NCBI GenBank assembly: GCA_965116765.1
Contig: OZ220718.1
Coordinates: 1,909,384 to 1,973,383, forward strand
Direction: 5' to 3'
Source: Vicinamibacterales bacterium
GTDB taxonomy: Bacteria > Acidobacteriota > Vicinamibacteria > Vicinamibacterales > UBA8438
DNA length: 64,000 bases
Position 1 is the stretch's first letter. Each line of letters opens with the position of its first letter. Shown one piece after another: positions 34,946 through 44,662 of the stretch. The translations under genes were made by a program, and so were the position numbers. The notes under the pieces are model-generated. The model did not search any database. It was not told where the DNA came from and saw only the letters and a program-made list of their open reading frames with translations.

Positions 34946-35704
34946 ATGGGCCCCATGATGCCGACATCGATGCGAACGCGGCGGTCCGCCGCCGTGATCG
35001 GCAGCCTGCTGGCCGCGGCTCTCCTGGCCGCCGGCGCAAGCCCGGTCCTCGCCCAGGCGGCGCAGGAAGAGCCCGACTATCCCCACGCGTATCCGCGCGA
35101 CGGGGTCACCAAGCGGTTCGAGAACGACCGGGTGATCGTGTGGGAGGTCCTCTGGCTGGACGGCGTGTCGCAGCCCTACCACCGCCACCGCTACGACATG
35201 ACCGGCGTGTTCCTCCGCTGGGGGCCGCTCCGGGTGACCCGGCCGGACGGGACCTTCACCGTCAGCGAGACGCCGTTCGAGATTCCGAGCACGTTCCTGC
35301 TCCCCAAGGGCGTGACCCACAAGGAGGAGGGCATCGGGCAGCCCGAGCGGCACTCGATCATGATCGACCTGAAGGACGATCCGCCGCCCGCGCCGGCGGC
35401 CCGGAGGGACCTCCCGCCCGCGGTTCCGATGGACGGGGCCACCCTCATGCTGGACCACGCGCGCGTGAAGGTCTGGGACGTCCCGTTGACCGAGGGGCAG
35501 GATCTGCCGCTGCACGTCCACGACACCGACACCGCCGTGGTCTTTCTCGAAGGCGGCTCCCTCCGGTCGATCGACGAGGACGGCGCCGAGGAAGACCGGA
35601 CCTACGCCTACAAGGACGTCGACTACTGGCCGGCCGGCCGCGCGCACCGGCTCGTCGTGGTAGACGGCGCGCCGCGCGCGATCCTGTTCGAGCTGCAGGA
35701 CTGA
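34946..35704 (+). CDS. Exported bicupin-like protein
   Basis: Signal peptide ...LLAAALLAAGASPVLAQ. Two internally similar halves (NDRVIVWEVLWLDGVSQPYHRHRYDMTGVFL and DHARVKVWDVPLTEGQDLPLHVHDTDTAVVFLEGG). ATG 34955 or 34958 are alternative starts. Confidence 0.7.
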   Translation: MGPMMPTSMRTRRSAAVIGSLLAAALLAAGASPVLAQAAQEEPDYPHAYPRDGVTKRFENDRVIVWEVLWLDGVSQPYHRHRYDMTGVFLRWGPLRVTRPDGTFTVSETPFEIPSTFLLPKGVTHKEEGIGQPERHSIMIDLKDDPPPAPAARRDLPPAVPMDGATLMLDHARVKVWDVPLTEGQDLPLHVHDTDTAVVFLEGGSLRSIDEDGAEEDRTYAYKDVDYWPAGRAHRLVVVDGAPRAILFELQD

Positions 35705-35784
35705 CCGCGCGGCGGGTAATCGCGCCGGCGAGTCCGCGCCGCAGACCGACGCCGGCTCGCGCGGGGGCGCCGACTCCGCGAGGG

Positions 35785-35896
35785 CCGGTTGGGCCGGAAG
35801 CGTTGCCGGACAGGCAGCTTCCCGGACGTCGTGGTCGCAATCGTCGACCCCGGGCCGACGGTTGGGCGGAAGCGTTGCCGCACGGGGGCTTCCGGG
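35785..35896. repeat. Two about 40-bp REP-like direct repeats, each able to form a hairpin
   Basis: ccGGTTGGGCCGGAAGCGTTGCCGGACAGGCAGCTTCCCGG (35785-35825) and cgacGGTTGGGCGGAAGCGTTGCCGCACGGGGGCTTCCGGG (35857-35896). Internal stems CCGGAAGC/GCTTCC(C)GG. Period about 72 bp. Confidence 0.55.
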
Positions 35897-35960
35897 CTGC
35901 GCGCCAAGAACAGGAGCCTCCGTCAACCTCGCAGGAAGCCTGAACCGAGGTCACGACGTC

Positions 35961-38500
35961 ATGGACGCACTGGCCCGCGACATCCGCCACGCGGCGCGCG
36001 TGCTCGCCCGGCACCGCACGTTCACCCTGACCGCGCTCGCCATCCTCGCCCTCGGCATCGGGGCCAACGCCGCGATGTTCAGCGTCGTCTACGGCCTGCT
36101 GCTCCGGCCGCTGCCGTATCCGGACCCCGAGGCGATCGTGCGGGTGGGGTACGGCCGTTCCGCCCAGCCCGAATCGATCGGGTGGCTCACCAACCGAAAC
36201 CTGCCGAGGCTGCAGGAGGAGGCGGAGTCGCTGGAGCAGGTGGCCGGCTACGCGCCGCGCTCCCTGGGCTGGCGGGGCCCCGAGGGGCCCATCAGCCTCC
36301 GGGGCGCGATGGTCTCCCCCTCGCTCTTCCCGCTGCTGCGCGCGACGCCCCGGCTGGGCCGGCTGCTCACCGACGACGATGCGCGACAGGGCGCGCACCG
36401 CGTCGTCCTGCTGAGCTTCCACGCCTGGAACACCCGGTTTGCGGCCGACCCCGACATCGCGGGGGCGCCGATCGAGCTCGACGGCGAGCCGTACACGGTG
36501 GTGGGGGTGCTCGGCGAGGGGTTCGCGTTCCTGGGCCCCGAGGCCGAGCTCTGGACCCCCATGGTCCTGCAGCCCTCCGCCCCGGTCGAGAATGCCCAAG
36601 GCCGCACGCTCACGGTCTCGTTCGCGTTCTCGGCCCTCGGACGCCTCCGGCCGGGCGTGTCGCCGGCGCAGGCCGCGGCCGAGGTAGACGCGATCCTGCG
36701 GCAGCCGGACATCGGCGGTGCGCCGCCGGGCGCGGGCGGAACGGCGAACCCGGCCCCCCCTTCGTGGGGCGCGTGGTCCCGCTGCAGGAGGAGATGGTCC
36801 GCGAGCACCGGCCGGCGCTGCTCGTGCTGAGCGCGGCGGCGGCGCTGGTCCTGCTGATCGCCTGCGTCAACGTGGCCGGCCTGCTCCTGGCCCGGGGCAT
36901 CACGCGGCAGCGCGAGCTGGCGGTGCGGGGTGCGCTCGGCGCGGCGCGTGGCCGCATCGTCCGCCAGTTGCTGACCGAGAGCGTGGTCCTGGGCGCGGGC
37001 GGCGGGGCCCTCGGCCTCGCGGCCGCGGCGGCGGTCCTCCGCGCGGTGCCGGCGCTCGCCCCGGCGGACCTGCCGCGGCTCGACGAGGTCGGCGTGGACG
37101 CCGCGGTGCTCGGGTTCACGGCCCTCCTGGCGGTCGCGGTGGGCCTGCTCGTGGGCGCGGTGCCAGCGGTCCAGTGGTCGCGGCTGGCGCTGGTGCGCAT
37201 CCTCAACGAGGGCAGCGCACAGTCGGCCGGGGGCTTCCGGCTCCTGCGGGCGAACCGGGCGCGGGCCGGGCTGGCCGCGGCGCAGGTGGCGCTCGCCCTC
37301 GTGCTGCTGGTGGGGGCGGGCCTGCTGCTCCGCAGCTTCGTCGAGCTCGTGGCCGTCGATCCCGGCTACGACCCCGCCAACGTGCTCACGGCGCGGGTCG
37401 CCAACCCCGATGTCGGCAGCCTGTTCCTGGCGGGACCGGTGACAGCCGAGCTGCTGGCCGAGCGCACCGCCGCAAGCCGGCGCTTCTACGGCGCCCTGCA
37501 CGACCGGCTGACGCAGATGGAGCGGCTGCCCGGCGTGGAGACGGTGGGGCTCTCCGCGGGCCTCCCCTTCGGGGGCGGGGGGCGCGACCTCGTCCGGGTG
37601 CAGGCCGGCGGGCGGCCCGACCCGGCCGACCCGGCCGAGCTGCCTCAGGCCCGGGTGCAGACGGTCACCTCGGGCTACTTCGACGTGATGCGCCTGCGCC
37701 GGCGGAGCGGACGCCTCCTCGGCCCTCTTGACGCGGCCGGCGCCCCGCGTGCGGTGGTGGTGAACGAGACCCTGGCCCGCGAGGCCTTCGACGGCGAGCC
37801 GGCGGTCGGCCGGCGCCTCCACTTCGGACGCGACGACGAGCCATGGACGGTGGTCGGCGTAGTCGCCGACGTCGAGTACCAGGATCTCGCGGCGACGGAG
37901 TCGTCCGGGGAGATCTACGTGTCGGTGGACCAGAGCGACGCGAGGTCGAACTTCAGCCTCCCCGACCCGTTCGTCTCGATCCGCGCGGTCGGCGATCCCG
38001 TCGCGAGCCTCCCGTTCCTGCGCGAGGCGGTCGCCGACGTGCACCCACGCGCCCCCGTCGACGACGTGATGACCATGGACGCCCGGCTGTCCGCGGCCGT
38101 CGCGCAGCCGCGCGTCTACTCGCTCTTCGTCGGCTTCTTCGCCGCGCTGGCCCTGTTCCTCGCCGCGGCGGGCCTCTACGGGCTGCTCAGCTACACCGTC
38201 TCGCAGCGGCGGCGGGAGATCGGGGTCCGCATGGCCCTCGGGGCGCAGCGCCGCGATATCCTGGCGCTGATCGTGCGTCAGGGCGCCGTCCTCGTCGCAG
38301 GCGGCGTGGTCGTCGGCCTGCTCGCCGCGGCCGCGTCGACCCGGATCCTGGAGAGCCTGCTCTTCGGCGTGACCGCGGCCGACGCCCTGACGTTCGCGGC
38401 CGCCGCCGTCACGCTCCTCGCGGCGGCGCTGCTCGCCTGCTATCTCCCGGCGCGCGGGGCGACCCGCATCGATCCGATGGACGCCCTCCGCGCCGAGTAG
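35961..38500 (+). pseudogene. ADOP-type duplicated ABC permease (two MacB-like/FtsX halves) interrupted by a frameshift in a C7 run
   Basis: Frame of ATG 35961: MDALARDIRHAARVLARHRTFTLTALAILALGIGANAAMFSV... continuing to ...GGTANPAPP. Frame of ORF 35789-38500 from there: ...PPFVGRVVPLQEEMVREHRPALLVLSAAAALVLLIACVNVAGLLLARG... to the stop at 38500. The switch falls at CCCCCCC (36754-36760). Locus length is 2540 nt (3n-1). This may be a homopolymer sequencing error. Confidence 0.8.
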
Positions 38501-38577
38501 CCCATCAACACGAGCACCGCGAGAACACCGACCGCGGCAGCTTCGATGGGCGGCACCGAACAACCTGGGACTCGCCG

Positions 38578-41187
38578 ATGACACAATCGACAGCACGCGA
38601 CCCGAACGGAGCTCCGCAGCAACCAGTCGTTCGCCTTGCTCTCGCAGCCTTCGCGCTGGCGGGCTGGGCCGCCGCGTGCGGCACGCCCGGCGACGACGGC
38701 GCCGGCGACGACTACCTGTCGCCCAACCTGCGCGCCGCCGTCGAGCAGCTCAAGGCCGACGTCGCGGCGAGCCCCACCGACGAGACGACCATCGCCGAGC
38801 GCGCGCGCATCCTCGACGAGTGGGTCGACGCCTACGCCCTCGGCGGCGGCGAGGTCGGCCTGGAGGGCCCCCGCGTGCGGCTGCAGGCGACCCTGCCCCC
38901 CACCGGGCGGGCGGCCCTCGCCCAGGGCGCGGTCATCGACCGGCTCGTCCGCCAGTTCACCCTGCACGACGAGCCGGGCGCCCTCGGCGAGCTCGCGGCC
39001 GAGTCGCTCGGCCCGTTCGAGGCGCGCAGCCACCAGACCATCCGCCAGACGTGGACGGCAGGGACGCGCGCGGTCGAGGCCGGCGGCGGCTTCTGGGTGG
39101 CCCGGCACTTCAACATGAACTACGGCCCCTTCCAGACCGACGACCCCGCCGGCGAGGGCTACGTGACCATCGCCACCACGGACGGCGACGCGCGGTTCGA
39201 GACCGACGTCTACATGGCGCGCGGCCCCCACGGCGGGTTCCGCGCGCCCGAGCCGGCCCTCGTCTTCCGCCTCGCCTCGGGCCGGCTCGACCCCGGCGAG
39301 ACGGTCACCATCACCTACGGCGACACGAGCGGCGGCGGACCGGGGCTGCTCATGACCGGCACCTCTAGCGCGCGGATGCCCCTGCCCCTCTACGTCGACC
39401 TCGACGCGTCGGGCGAGTGGCGGCCGCTGCCCATCCTGCCCTTCGTCGTCAGCGGAACGCGCGTGGCCGGCGTGCACGGCTTCGCCCCGAGCATCGTCGA
39501 GCCGGGCGAGCCGTTCGAGCTCTCGGTGCGGGCCGAGGACGCGTTCTTCAACCGCGCCACCGGCGACATCCCCGCCTTCGAGGTGCTGGTCGACGGCGAC
39601 GTTCGCGCCACCACCCCGGCCGGGTCCGAGGCCATCACGCTCGTACCGATGACCCTGAACGAGCCGGGGCCGCACTGGATCACCCTCCGCTCCGAGGACC
39701 GCGAGATCACCGGCGACGCCAACCCGGTCCTCGTCGTCGAGGATCCGGAACGCCGCATCTTCTGGGGCGACACCCACGGCCACTCCGGCTACGCCGAGGG
39801 CATCGGCACCATCGACTTCTTCATGACGTTCGCCCGCGACGACGCGCGGCTCGACTTCGTCACCCACTCCGAGCACGACGTCTGGCTCGACGACGCGGAG
39901 TGGGAGCTGTCGAAGGCGGCGGTGGAGGCGTTCGACGACCCCGGGCGGTTCATCCCCTATCTGGGCTGGGAGTGGACACGGCCGGCCCGCTTCGGCGGCC
40001 ACCACAACGTGTTGTACCGGAACACCACGGACCGGACGCCGGTGTCGGCCGTCGAGTTCCCCACCCTGTCCGAGCTCTACCAGGGCCTGCACGCGCGCTA
40101 CGACCCCGACGACGTGCTCGTCATCCCCCACGCCCACAACCCCGGCGACTATCGCCAGTCGGACCCGCAGCTCGAGCCGCTCATCGAGATGATGTCGATG
40201 CACGGCACCTTCAACTGGTTCGTCCGGCAGTACCTGTCGCACGGCCACCGGGTGGGCCTCATCGCCGCCTCGGACGACCACCTGTCGCACCCCGGCTACT
40301 CGGCCCCGAACCGCGACTCGCTGGCCCAGCGGGGCGGCCTCGGCGCGGTGATGGCCCCCGAGCGCTCGCGCGACGCCATCTTCGACGCCATGAAGCAGCG
40401 GCGCACCTATGCCACGACCGGCGACCGCATCATCCTCGACGTCACCGTCAACGGCACCGCCATGGGGCAGGAGGCCGAGTACGCCGAGGTCCGGGAGATC
40501 GAGGGCCGGGTCGTCGGCACCGCGCCCATCCGGTCGGTCGAGCTGCTGAAGAACGACGAGGTCATCTGGAGCGAGGAGTACGCGGTGGGCCGCGGCCGGC
40601 CCGCCGACACCGAGCAGTGGCTGCTGTCGTTCTCGTCCGGCGAGACGCCGGTCCACCCCGGCGACGCCCCGCGCGGCTGGCGCCACTGGCGCGGCGAGGT
40701 GCGGGTGACGGGGGCCAACGTCGTCGCGGTCGACGCCACCGACTTCGTGAACCCGACCACGCAGCTCCTCGAGCGGACCGGCAACGGCGCCCGCTTCGCC
40801 ACCCACACCCGCGGCGACAGCAGCTCGCTGCGGCTCACCCTCTCGGGCATCCGCCCCAGCGTGGCGGTCACCGTCGACCTCGAGGAGACCACCGAGACCG
40901 GCTCGGCGCCGCCCTTCTACCGGCCGCGCGCGGTCATCCCCGCCAGCCGGGTGCGGATGACCCTCAACGCCGGCGGCATCGTCCGCGCCATGCCCATCGA
41001 CGACTACCCGGACGACCGCATCACCCTGCGCCGCCTCATCCGCAACGGCCCCCGCGACGTCAGCTTCGACTACACCGACGAGGACACCCCGCGGCAGGGC
41101 GACTACTACTACGTGCGGGTGCGGCAGGTGAACGACGCGATGGCGTGGTCGAGCCCGGTCTGGGTGGGGGGCTATCCGTCGCGATAG
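38578..41187 (+). CDS. DUF3604-family lipoprotein (PHP-like metal-dependent hydrolase fold)
   Basis: ATG 38578. Lipobox LAGWAAAC. Metal-binding-type motifs WGDTHGHSGYAEG, THSEHD, IPHAHNPG and ASDDHLSHPG. Confidence 0.8.
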   Translation: MTQSTARDPNGAPQQPVVRLALAAFALAGWAAACGTPGDDGAGDDYLSPNLRAAVEQLKADVAASPTDETTIAERARILDEWVDAYALGGGEVGLEGPRVRLQATLPPTGRAALAQGAVIDRLVRQFTLHDEPGALGELAAESLGPFEARSHQTIRQTWTAGTRAVEAGGGFWVARHFNMNYGPFQTDDPAGEGYVTIATTDGDARFETDVYMARGPHGGFRAPEPALVFRLASGRLDPGETVTITYGDTSGGGPGLLMTGTSSARMPLPLYVDLDASGEWRPLPILPFVVSGTRVAGVHGFAPSIVEPGEPFELSVRAEDAFFNRATGDIPAFEVLVDGDVRATTPAGSEAITLVPMTLNEPGPHWITLRSEDREITGDANPVLVVEDPERRIFWGDTHGHSGYAEGIGTIDFFMTFARDDARLDFVTHSEHDVWLDDAEWELSKAAVEAFDDPGRFIPYLGWEWTRPARFGGHHNVLYRNTTDRTPVSAVEFPTLSELYQGLHARYDPDDVLVIPHAHNPGDYRQSDPQLEPLIEMMSMHGTFNWFVRQYLSHGHRVGLIAASDDHLSHPGYSAPNRDSLAQRGGLGAVMAPERSRDAIFDAMKQRRTYATTGDRIILDVTVNGTAMGQEAEYAEVREIEGRVVGTAPIRSVELLKNDEVIWSEEYAVGRGRPADTEQWLLSFSSGETPVHPGDAPRGWRHWRGEVRVTGANVVAVDATDFVNPTTQLLERTGNGARFATHTRGDSSSLRLTLSGIRPSVAVTVDLEETTETGSAPPFYRPRAVIPASRVRMTLNAGGIVRAMPIDDYPDDRITLRRLIRNGPRDVSFDYTDEDTPRQGDYYYVRVRQVNDAMAWSSPVWVGGYPSR

Positions 41188-41349
41188 GCGGCCCCGTAAG
41201 GACAGTGGTCGATACAACCTCGCCAACTACGTTCAGGGCGGTCCCGCACTCCCGCGGTTCCTGCGCGGTGCCCCCCTGACAGGGTGATTCCCGCCACCGT
41301 CCTGACGGGCGCCGAGGCGGCGGCGCGCCGGGGCGCGGGCGGTCCGGGG

Positions 41350-42435
41350 TCAGGGAGCGACACGGGCGCAGTAGCTCCGGAGCTGCTCCAGGTCGCGCTG
41401 CATTCCCAGGAGCGACAGGCGTTCCCGCCGCATCTCCATGTAGGCGGCGTCCCGGCAGAGCGAGGGAGAGAGCAGCGACCTCGTCATGCCGGAAGGAGGC
41501 CCCAGATACAGCACGGCGTCGAACTGCTCCCCGGCGGGCAGCGAGCGCCACTCGTCGCGCGGAATCGGCACGATGCGGCCGTCCCGGAACGTCGCGCGGG
41601 GCGGGTCCGTCGGGGAGAACGCCGTGAAGTCCGCCGCACCGAGCACGGTGCCGCGCACCGCCGCGAGGCTGGGCGCGGGCCACGACGGCGCGTCCCGCTG
41701 CAGCGCCGGCAGATCGACCCCCACCGTCGGCCAGACGACGAACGCGCGCACGTCGCCCCCGCGCTCGAGCTGCTGGACGAGCGTGTGGAGGTTCGGGTCT
41801 TCGACGAGCTCGTAGTTGGAGAACAGGTTCCGCCGCTGCAGGTGCATGGCGCCGTAGACGACGAGGGCGCGCCTTCCCCTGTCGAGCACCTCGCGTCGAA
41901 TCAACGACGCCGGGTAGGTGTCGCGGAGCTGGAGCCACCTCTGGTGGTCCGCCCGCGTCTCCACCGCGTCCCAGTCGATCGGGGGGTCGCCGAGCAGCAC
42001 GCGGAGCCGGCGCTCGGGGGGAAGGGCCGCGTTGACCTCGCGCACCGCCCGGAAGAACGCCCCGGTGATCGGTCGATCGTTGCCCAATCCGGGCTGCGTG
42101 GTGTTCCGCCAGACCTGGCGCAGCTCGGCGTCGGAGACGTCGCCGCCGTCGACGAAGCGGTCCATCACGTCCTGATACAGGGCGTTCCCCCACTCCACGA
42201 CGATGTCGTCCACGGTCTCCGCGAACCGCGGATCGCGGACCAGCGCGAGCCTGAACTCGTGGGCCTGCTCGTTGCCGTGCGGGTCGCCGATCGCCACAAT
42301 CGCGTGCCGCTCGAAGGCGGCGAGGATGGCGGCGATCGGCTCGACGGGTACCGCGGGTGGCGGGGTCTGTCCGGCGGCCGTCCCACCGGCGCCATGCGCC
42401 GCGAGCAGCGACATCGCCAACAGTCGAGGGTTCAT
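41350..42435 (-). CDS. Exported hypothetical protein
   Basis: ATG 42435 (MNPRLLAMSLLAAHGAGGTAAGQ). Well-composed 361-aa sequence (IVAIGDPHGNEQAHEFRLALVRDPRF...). No family confidently recognised. Confidence 0.6.
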   Translation of the reverse strand: MNPRLLAMSLLAAHGAGGTAAGQTPPPAVPVEPIAAILAAFERHAIVAIGDPHGNEQAHEFRLALVRDPRFAETVDDIVVEWGNALYQDVMDRFVDGGDVSDAELRQVWRNTTQPGLGNDRPITGAFFRAVREVNAALPPERRLRVLLGDPPIDWDAVETRADHQRWLQLRDTYPASLIRREVLDRGRRALVVYGAMHLQRRNLFSNYELVEDPNLHTLVQQLERGGDVRAFVVWPTVGVDLPALQRDAPSWPAPSLAAVRGTVLGAADFTAFSPTDPPRATFRDGRIVPIPRDEWRSLPAGEQFDAVLYLGPPSGMTRSLLSPSLCRDAAYMEMRRERLSLLGMQRDLEQLRSYCARVAP

Positions 42436-42514
42436 AGCACCGATCTTGTGCACGTGACAGCTCCTTCGCAAACCGCGAGGTCTCCGATGACGGAACCGGG
42501 CTCGGCGCCGTCTC

Positions 42515-43465
42515 TCACTCCGGCGCCGGGTCGGCGCCGGTGCGCGTGTCGCCCCCACCGGCCAGATTGGCCTGACGGAGCGCGGCGGCGCCCATCAGGC
42601 CGCCCATGCCCATCGATTCGACGGCGCTGCTCGGGACCAGCATCAGCGCGCCCTTCTCCTTCAGGCCCTCGTAGAGCATGTTCATCGCGCGCAGGTGCAG
42701 CGCCGTCGGATTCTCCTGATACGCCTTGGCGGCTTCCTGGAAAGAGTTGGCGATGGCCATCTCGGCCTCGCCCAGGATGACGCGGGCCTGCTTCTCGCGG
42801 GCCGCCTGCGCCTCGCGCGACATGGCATCCTGCAACGCGTCCGGTATGACGACGTCGCGCATCTCGACGGAGGACACGGTCACGCCCCACGGGTTCGAGC
42901 GCTGATCGATGAGCTGCTGCAGCTCGGCCTCGATGCGCTCCCGCCCGCGCAGGAGGTCGGCGAGCGTCGTCCGGCCGATGATGTCGCGCAACGCGGTCTG
43001 CGCTGCCCAGCTCACCGCCTGGGGATAGTCCTGAACCTCGAGCGCCGCCTTCTCGACGTCGTGCACCATCCAGAACAGAACGGCGTCGACGTTCACCGGC
43101 ACGGTGTCCGAGGTCAGGGTCTGCTCGGCCGCGAAGCTGGTGGTCACGGTGCGCTGGTCGACCCACACCGAGACGCGGTCGACGAACGGCACGATCCAGA
43201 ACAGCCCCGGGCCCCGCAGTCCGACGAAGCGTCCGAGCCGCAGCACGACGCTCCTTTCCCACTGGTGCGCCACCCGCGGCGCCTGCATCAACACGAGGCC
43301 GATCGACACCGCGGCGACCGGCGGCGCCGGGCTCCCCGTCGTCTCCCACCCCCACAGGGCGATTGCGCACCAGACCAGCAGGATGGCGACCGACACGACG
43401 TTGATCCGCCGGACGTGGCCGCGACGGGGTTCCGGACGTTCTCCGAAGATGCTGTGGGCCATCAT
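42515..43465 (-). CDS. SPFH/band-7 (stomatin/prohibitin-like) membrane protein
   Basis: The ATG overlaps the GntR stop (ATGA at 43462-43465) and follows AGGGAGGA. TM segment INVVSVAILLVWCAIALWGW. SPFH core WERSVVLRLGRFVGLRGPGLFWIVPFVDRV...DVVIPDALQDAMSREAQAAREKQARVILGEAE. Confidence 0.85.
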   Translation of the reverse strand: MMAHSIFGERPEPRRGHVRRINVVSVAILLVWCAIALWGWETTGSPAPPVAAVSIGLVLMQAPRVAHQWERSVVLRLGRFVGLRGPGLFWIVPFVDRVSVWVDQRTVTTSFAAEQTLTSDTVPVNVDAVLFWMVHDVEKAALEVQDYPQAVSWAAQTALRDIIGRTTLADLLRGRERIEAELQQLIDQRSNPWGVTVSSVEMRDVVIPDALQDAMSREAQAAREKQARVILGEAEMAIANSFQEAAKAYQENPTALHLRAMNMLYEGLKEKGALMLVPSSAVESMGMGGLMGAAALRQANLAGGGDTRTGADPAPE

Positions 43466-43854
43466 GATCCTCCCTGCCGACGCGCGCGAAGGGCATCCGT
43501 CACCTCTTCGATGGTGAAACCGGCCGAGTCGGCGTCCGCCAGCAGGCGCGTGACGAACGCATGTAACCGGCGATCGTGTTCCCGACGCGGGCGGGCCCGC
43601 GCCGGCGTGGCGTCGACGAAAGTACCGACGCCGCGCCGGGTTTCGAGGACGCCGCGCCGTTCGAGCTCGCCGTACACGCGCGCGACGGTGTTCGCGTTGA
43701 CGCGCAGATCGACCGCGAGCTGCCGGACCGTCGGCAGCCGGTCGCCCGGCCGCAGCCGTCCGGCGGCGATGGCCGCGCACACCCCACGCTCCAATTGGAC
43801 GTAGATGGGCGTGCGGTCCCGCGGGTCGATGCTGACGAGATCCACGTGACCCAT
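43462..43854 (-). CDS. Short GntR-family (YtrA-like) transcriptional regulator
   Basis: IYVQLERGVCAAIAAGRLRPGDRLPTVRQLAVDLRVNANTVARVYGELERRGVLETRRGVGTFV is a canonical GntR winged HTH. ATG 43854 is preferred over TTG 43875. Confidence 0.85.
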   Translation of the reverse strand: MGHVDLVSIDPRDRTPIYVQLERGVCAAIAAGRLRPGDRLPTVRQLAVDLRVNANTVARVYGELERRGVLETRRGVGTFVDATPARARPRREHDRRLHAFVTRLLADADSAGFTIEEVTDALRARRQGGS

Positions 43855-43875
43855 TGTACTAGTTAATAGGTACAA
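43854..43875 (-). promoter_or_regulatory. Palindromic operator candidate abutting the GntR start codon
   Basis: TTGTAC-TAG-TTAA-TAG-GTACAA has 6-bp perfect arms plus a central TTAA. It sits in an AT-rich patch (43855-43890). One end base is the A of the ATG. Confidence 0.45.
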
Positions 43876-43963
43876 TACAACAACAATCGACGGTGCGCCC
43901 GACGAGCAGCCCCGTGCTCGTCGGGGTCAGAATCTGCGAGGACGCGCTGAGGCTGGTCCGGGC

Positions 43964-44187
43964 TTACGGTCGGCGGCGATGCCGTGGGCGGAGCGCTCCG
44001 TGGACGTCGATCAGCGCCGCCCCGAGGCGCCCGACCGCGACGAGCGGCAGGAAGAGGACGAGCGCCCAGGCGACGAAGGCGGTCAGCACGGACAGCTCGC
44101 CGGCGTCGTCACCAAGGCGAGGACGGCCAGGGCCGCCACGCAGGCCGACGCCAGCCAATGCTCCAGCCGATCCACGCCGACGCGCAT
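43964..44187 (-). CDS. Possible small two-TM membrane protein, apparently frameshifted
   Basis: ATG 44187 gives MRVGVDRLEHWLASACVAALAVLALVTTPAS (stop at 44083). Another frame continues ELSVLTAFVAWALVLFLPLVAVGRLGAALIDVHGALRPRHRRRP* (stop at 43964). Both parts have high GC3. Locus length is 224 nt (3n-1). Speculative. Confidence 0.2.
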
Positions 44188-44265
44188 ACAGCCCGATGCC
44201 CATCATGCCCAGCCTGGCTGACGGGGGCTCGACTGAGGAGTCACGACACGGATCGCGAGAATCTT

Positions 44266-44297
44266 CGCCTCGAATCGAAAAATCGGGCAGTTTTTTT
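44266..44297 (+). terminator. Orphan intrinsic-terminator-like element in an AT-rich junction
   Basis: GCC(T)CGA (44267-44273) pairs with TCGGGC (44283-44288), followed by AG and TTTTTTT (44291-44297). I see no credible plus-strand gene upstream. T7 runs are very rare in this sequence. Confidence 0.3.
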
Positions 44298-44319
44298 CAC
44301 ATGGACATGAAAATGCTAG

Positions 44320-44499
44320 CATCGCCTGGTCGAGGTGAAGTGGAACGACCGGCCCGTGGACAAGGCGCTCCGGTACCTGCACGCCCGCTTCCCGGACGCG
44401 GCGGCGATCCAGATCAGCCCGGCGGGAACGGACGACTACCGGACGCCCGATGGCATTCGCGTGCAGCCGGCGATTCCGTTCCTTCGAGGCCTCGTGTAA
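44320..44499 (+). pseudogene. 3' fragment of a DUF4143-type AAA ATPase gene (5'-truncated remnant)
   Basis: After TAG at 44317-44319 the frame reads HRLVEVKWNDRPVDKALRYLHARFPDAAAIQISPAGTDDYRTPDGIRVQPAIPFLRGLV*, with TAA at 44497-44499. This resembles the C-terminal (V)E(V/C)KW... tail of DUF4143 ATPases. High GC3. No N-terminal ATPase part is present. Confidence 0.5.
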
Positions 44500-44662
44500 G
44501 GGTCCGCTCCGAGCACCAGTCGGGAGTCGCGGATGCGGCCGAGGCGCTGGACGCGCCACAAGGGTCAGGGCGCGGCCCTCGCGCCCCCCGATACGTGCCG
44601 ACGAGGCATCCCGCTTCCCTGCCGACGACTGCCGACCCTGGTCGCCATGTTACGCTGATGCC

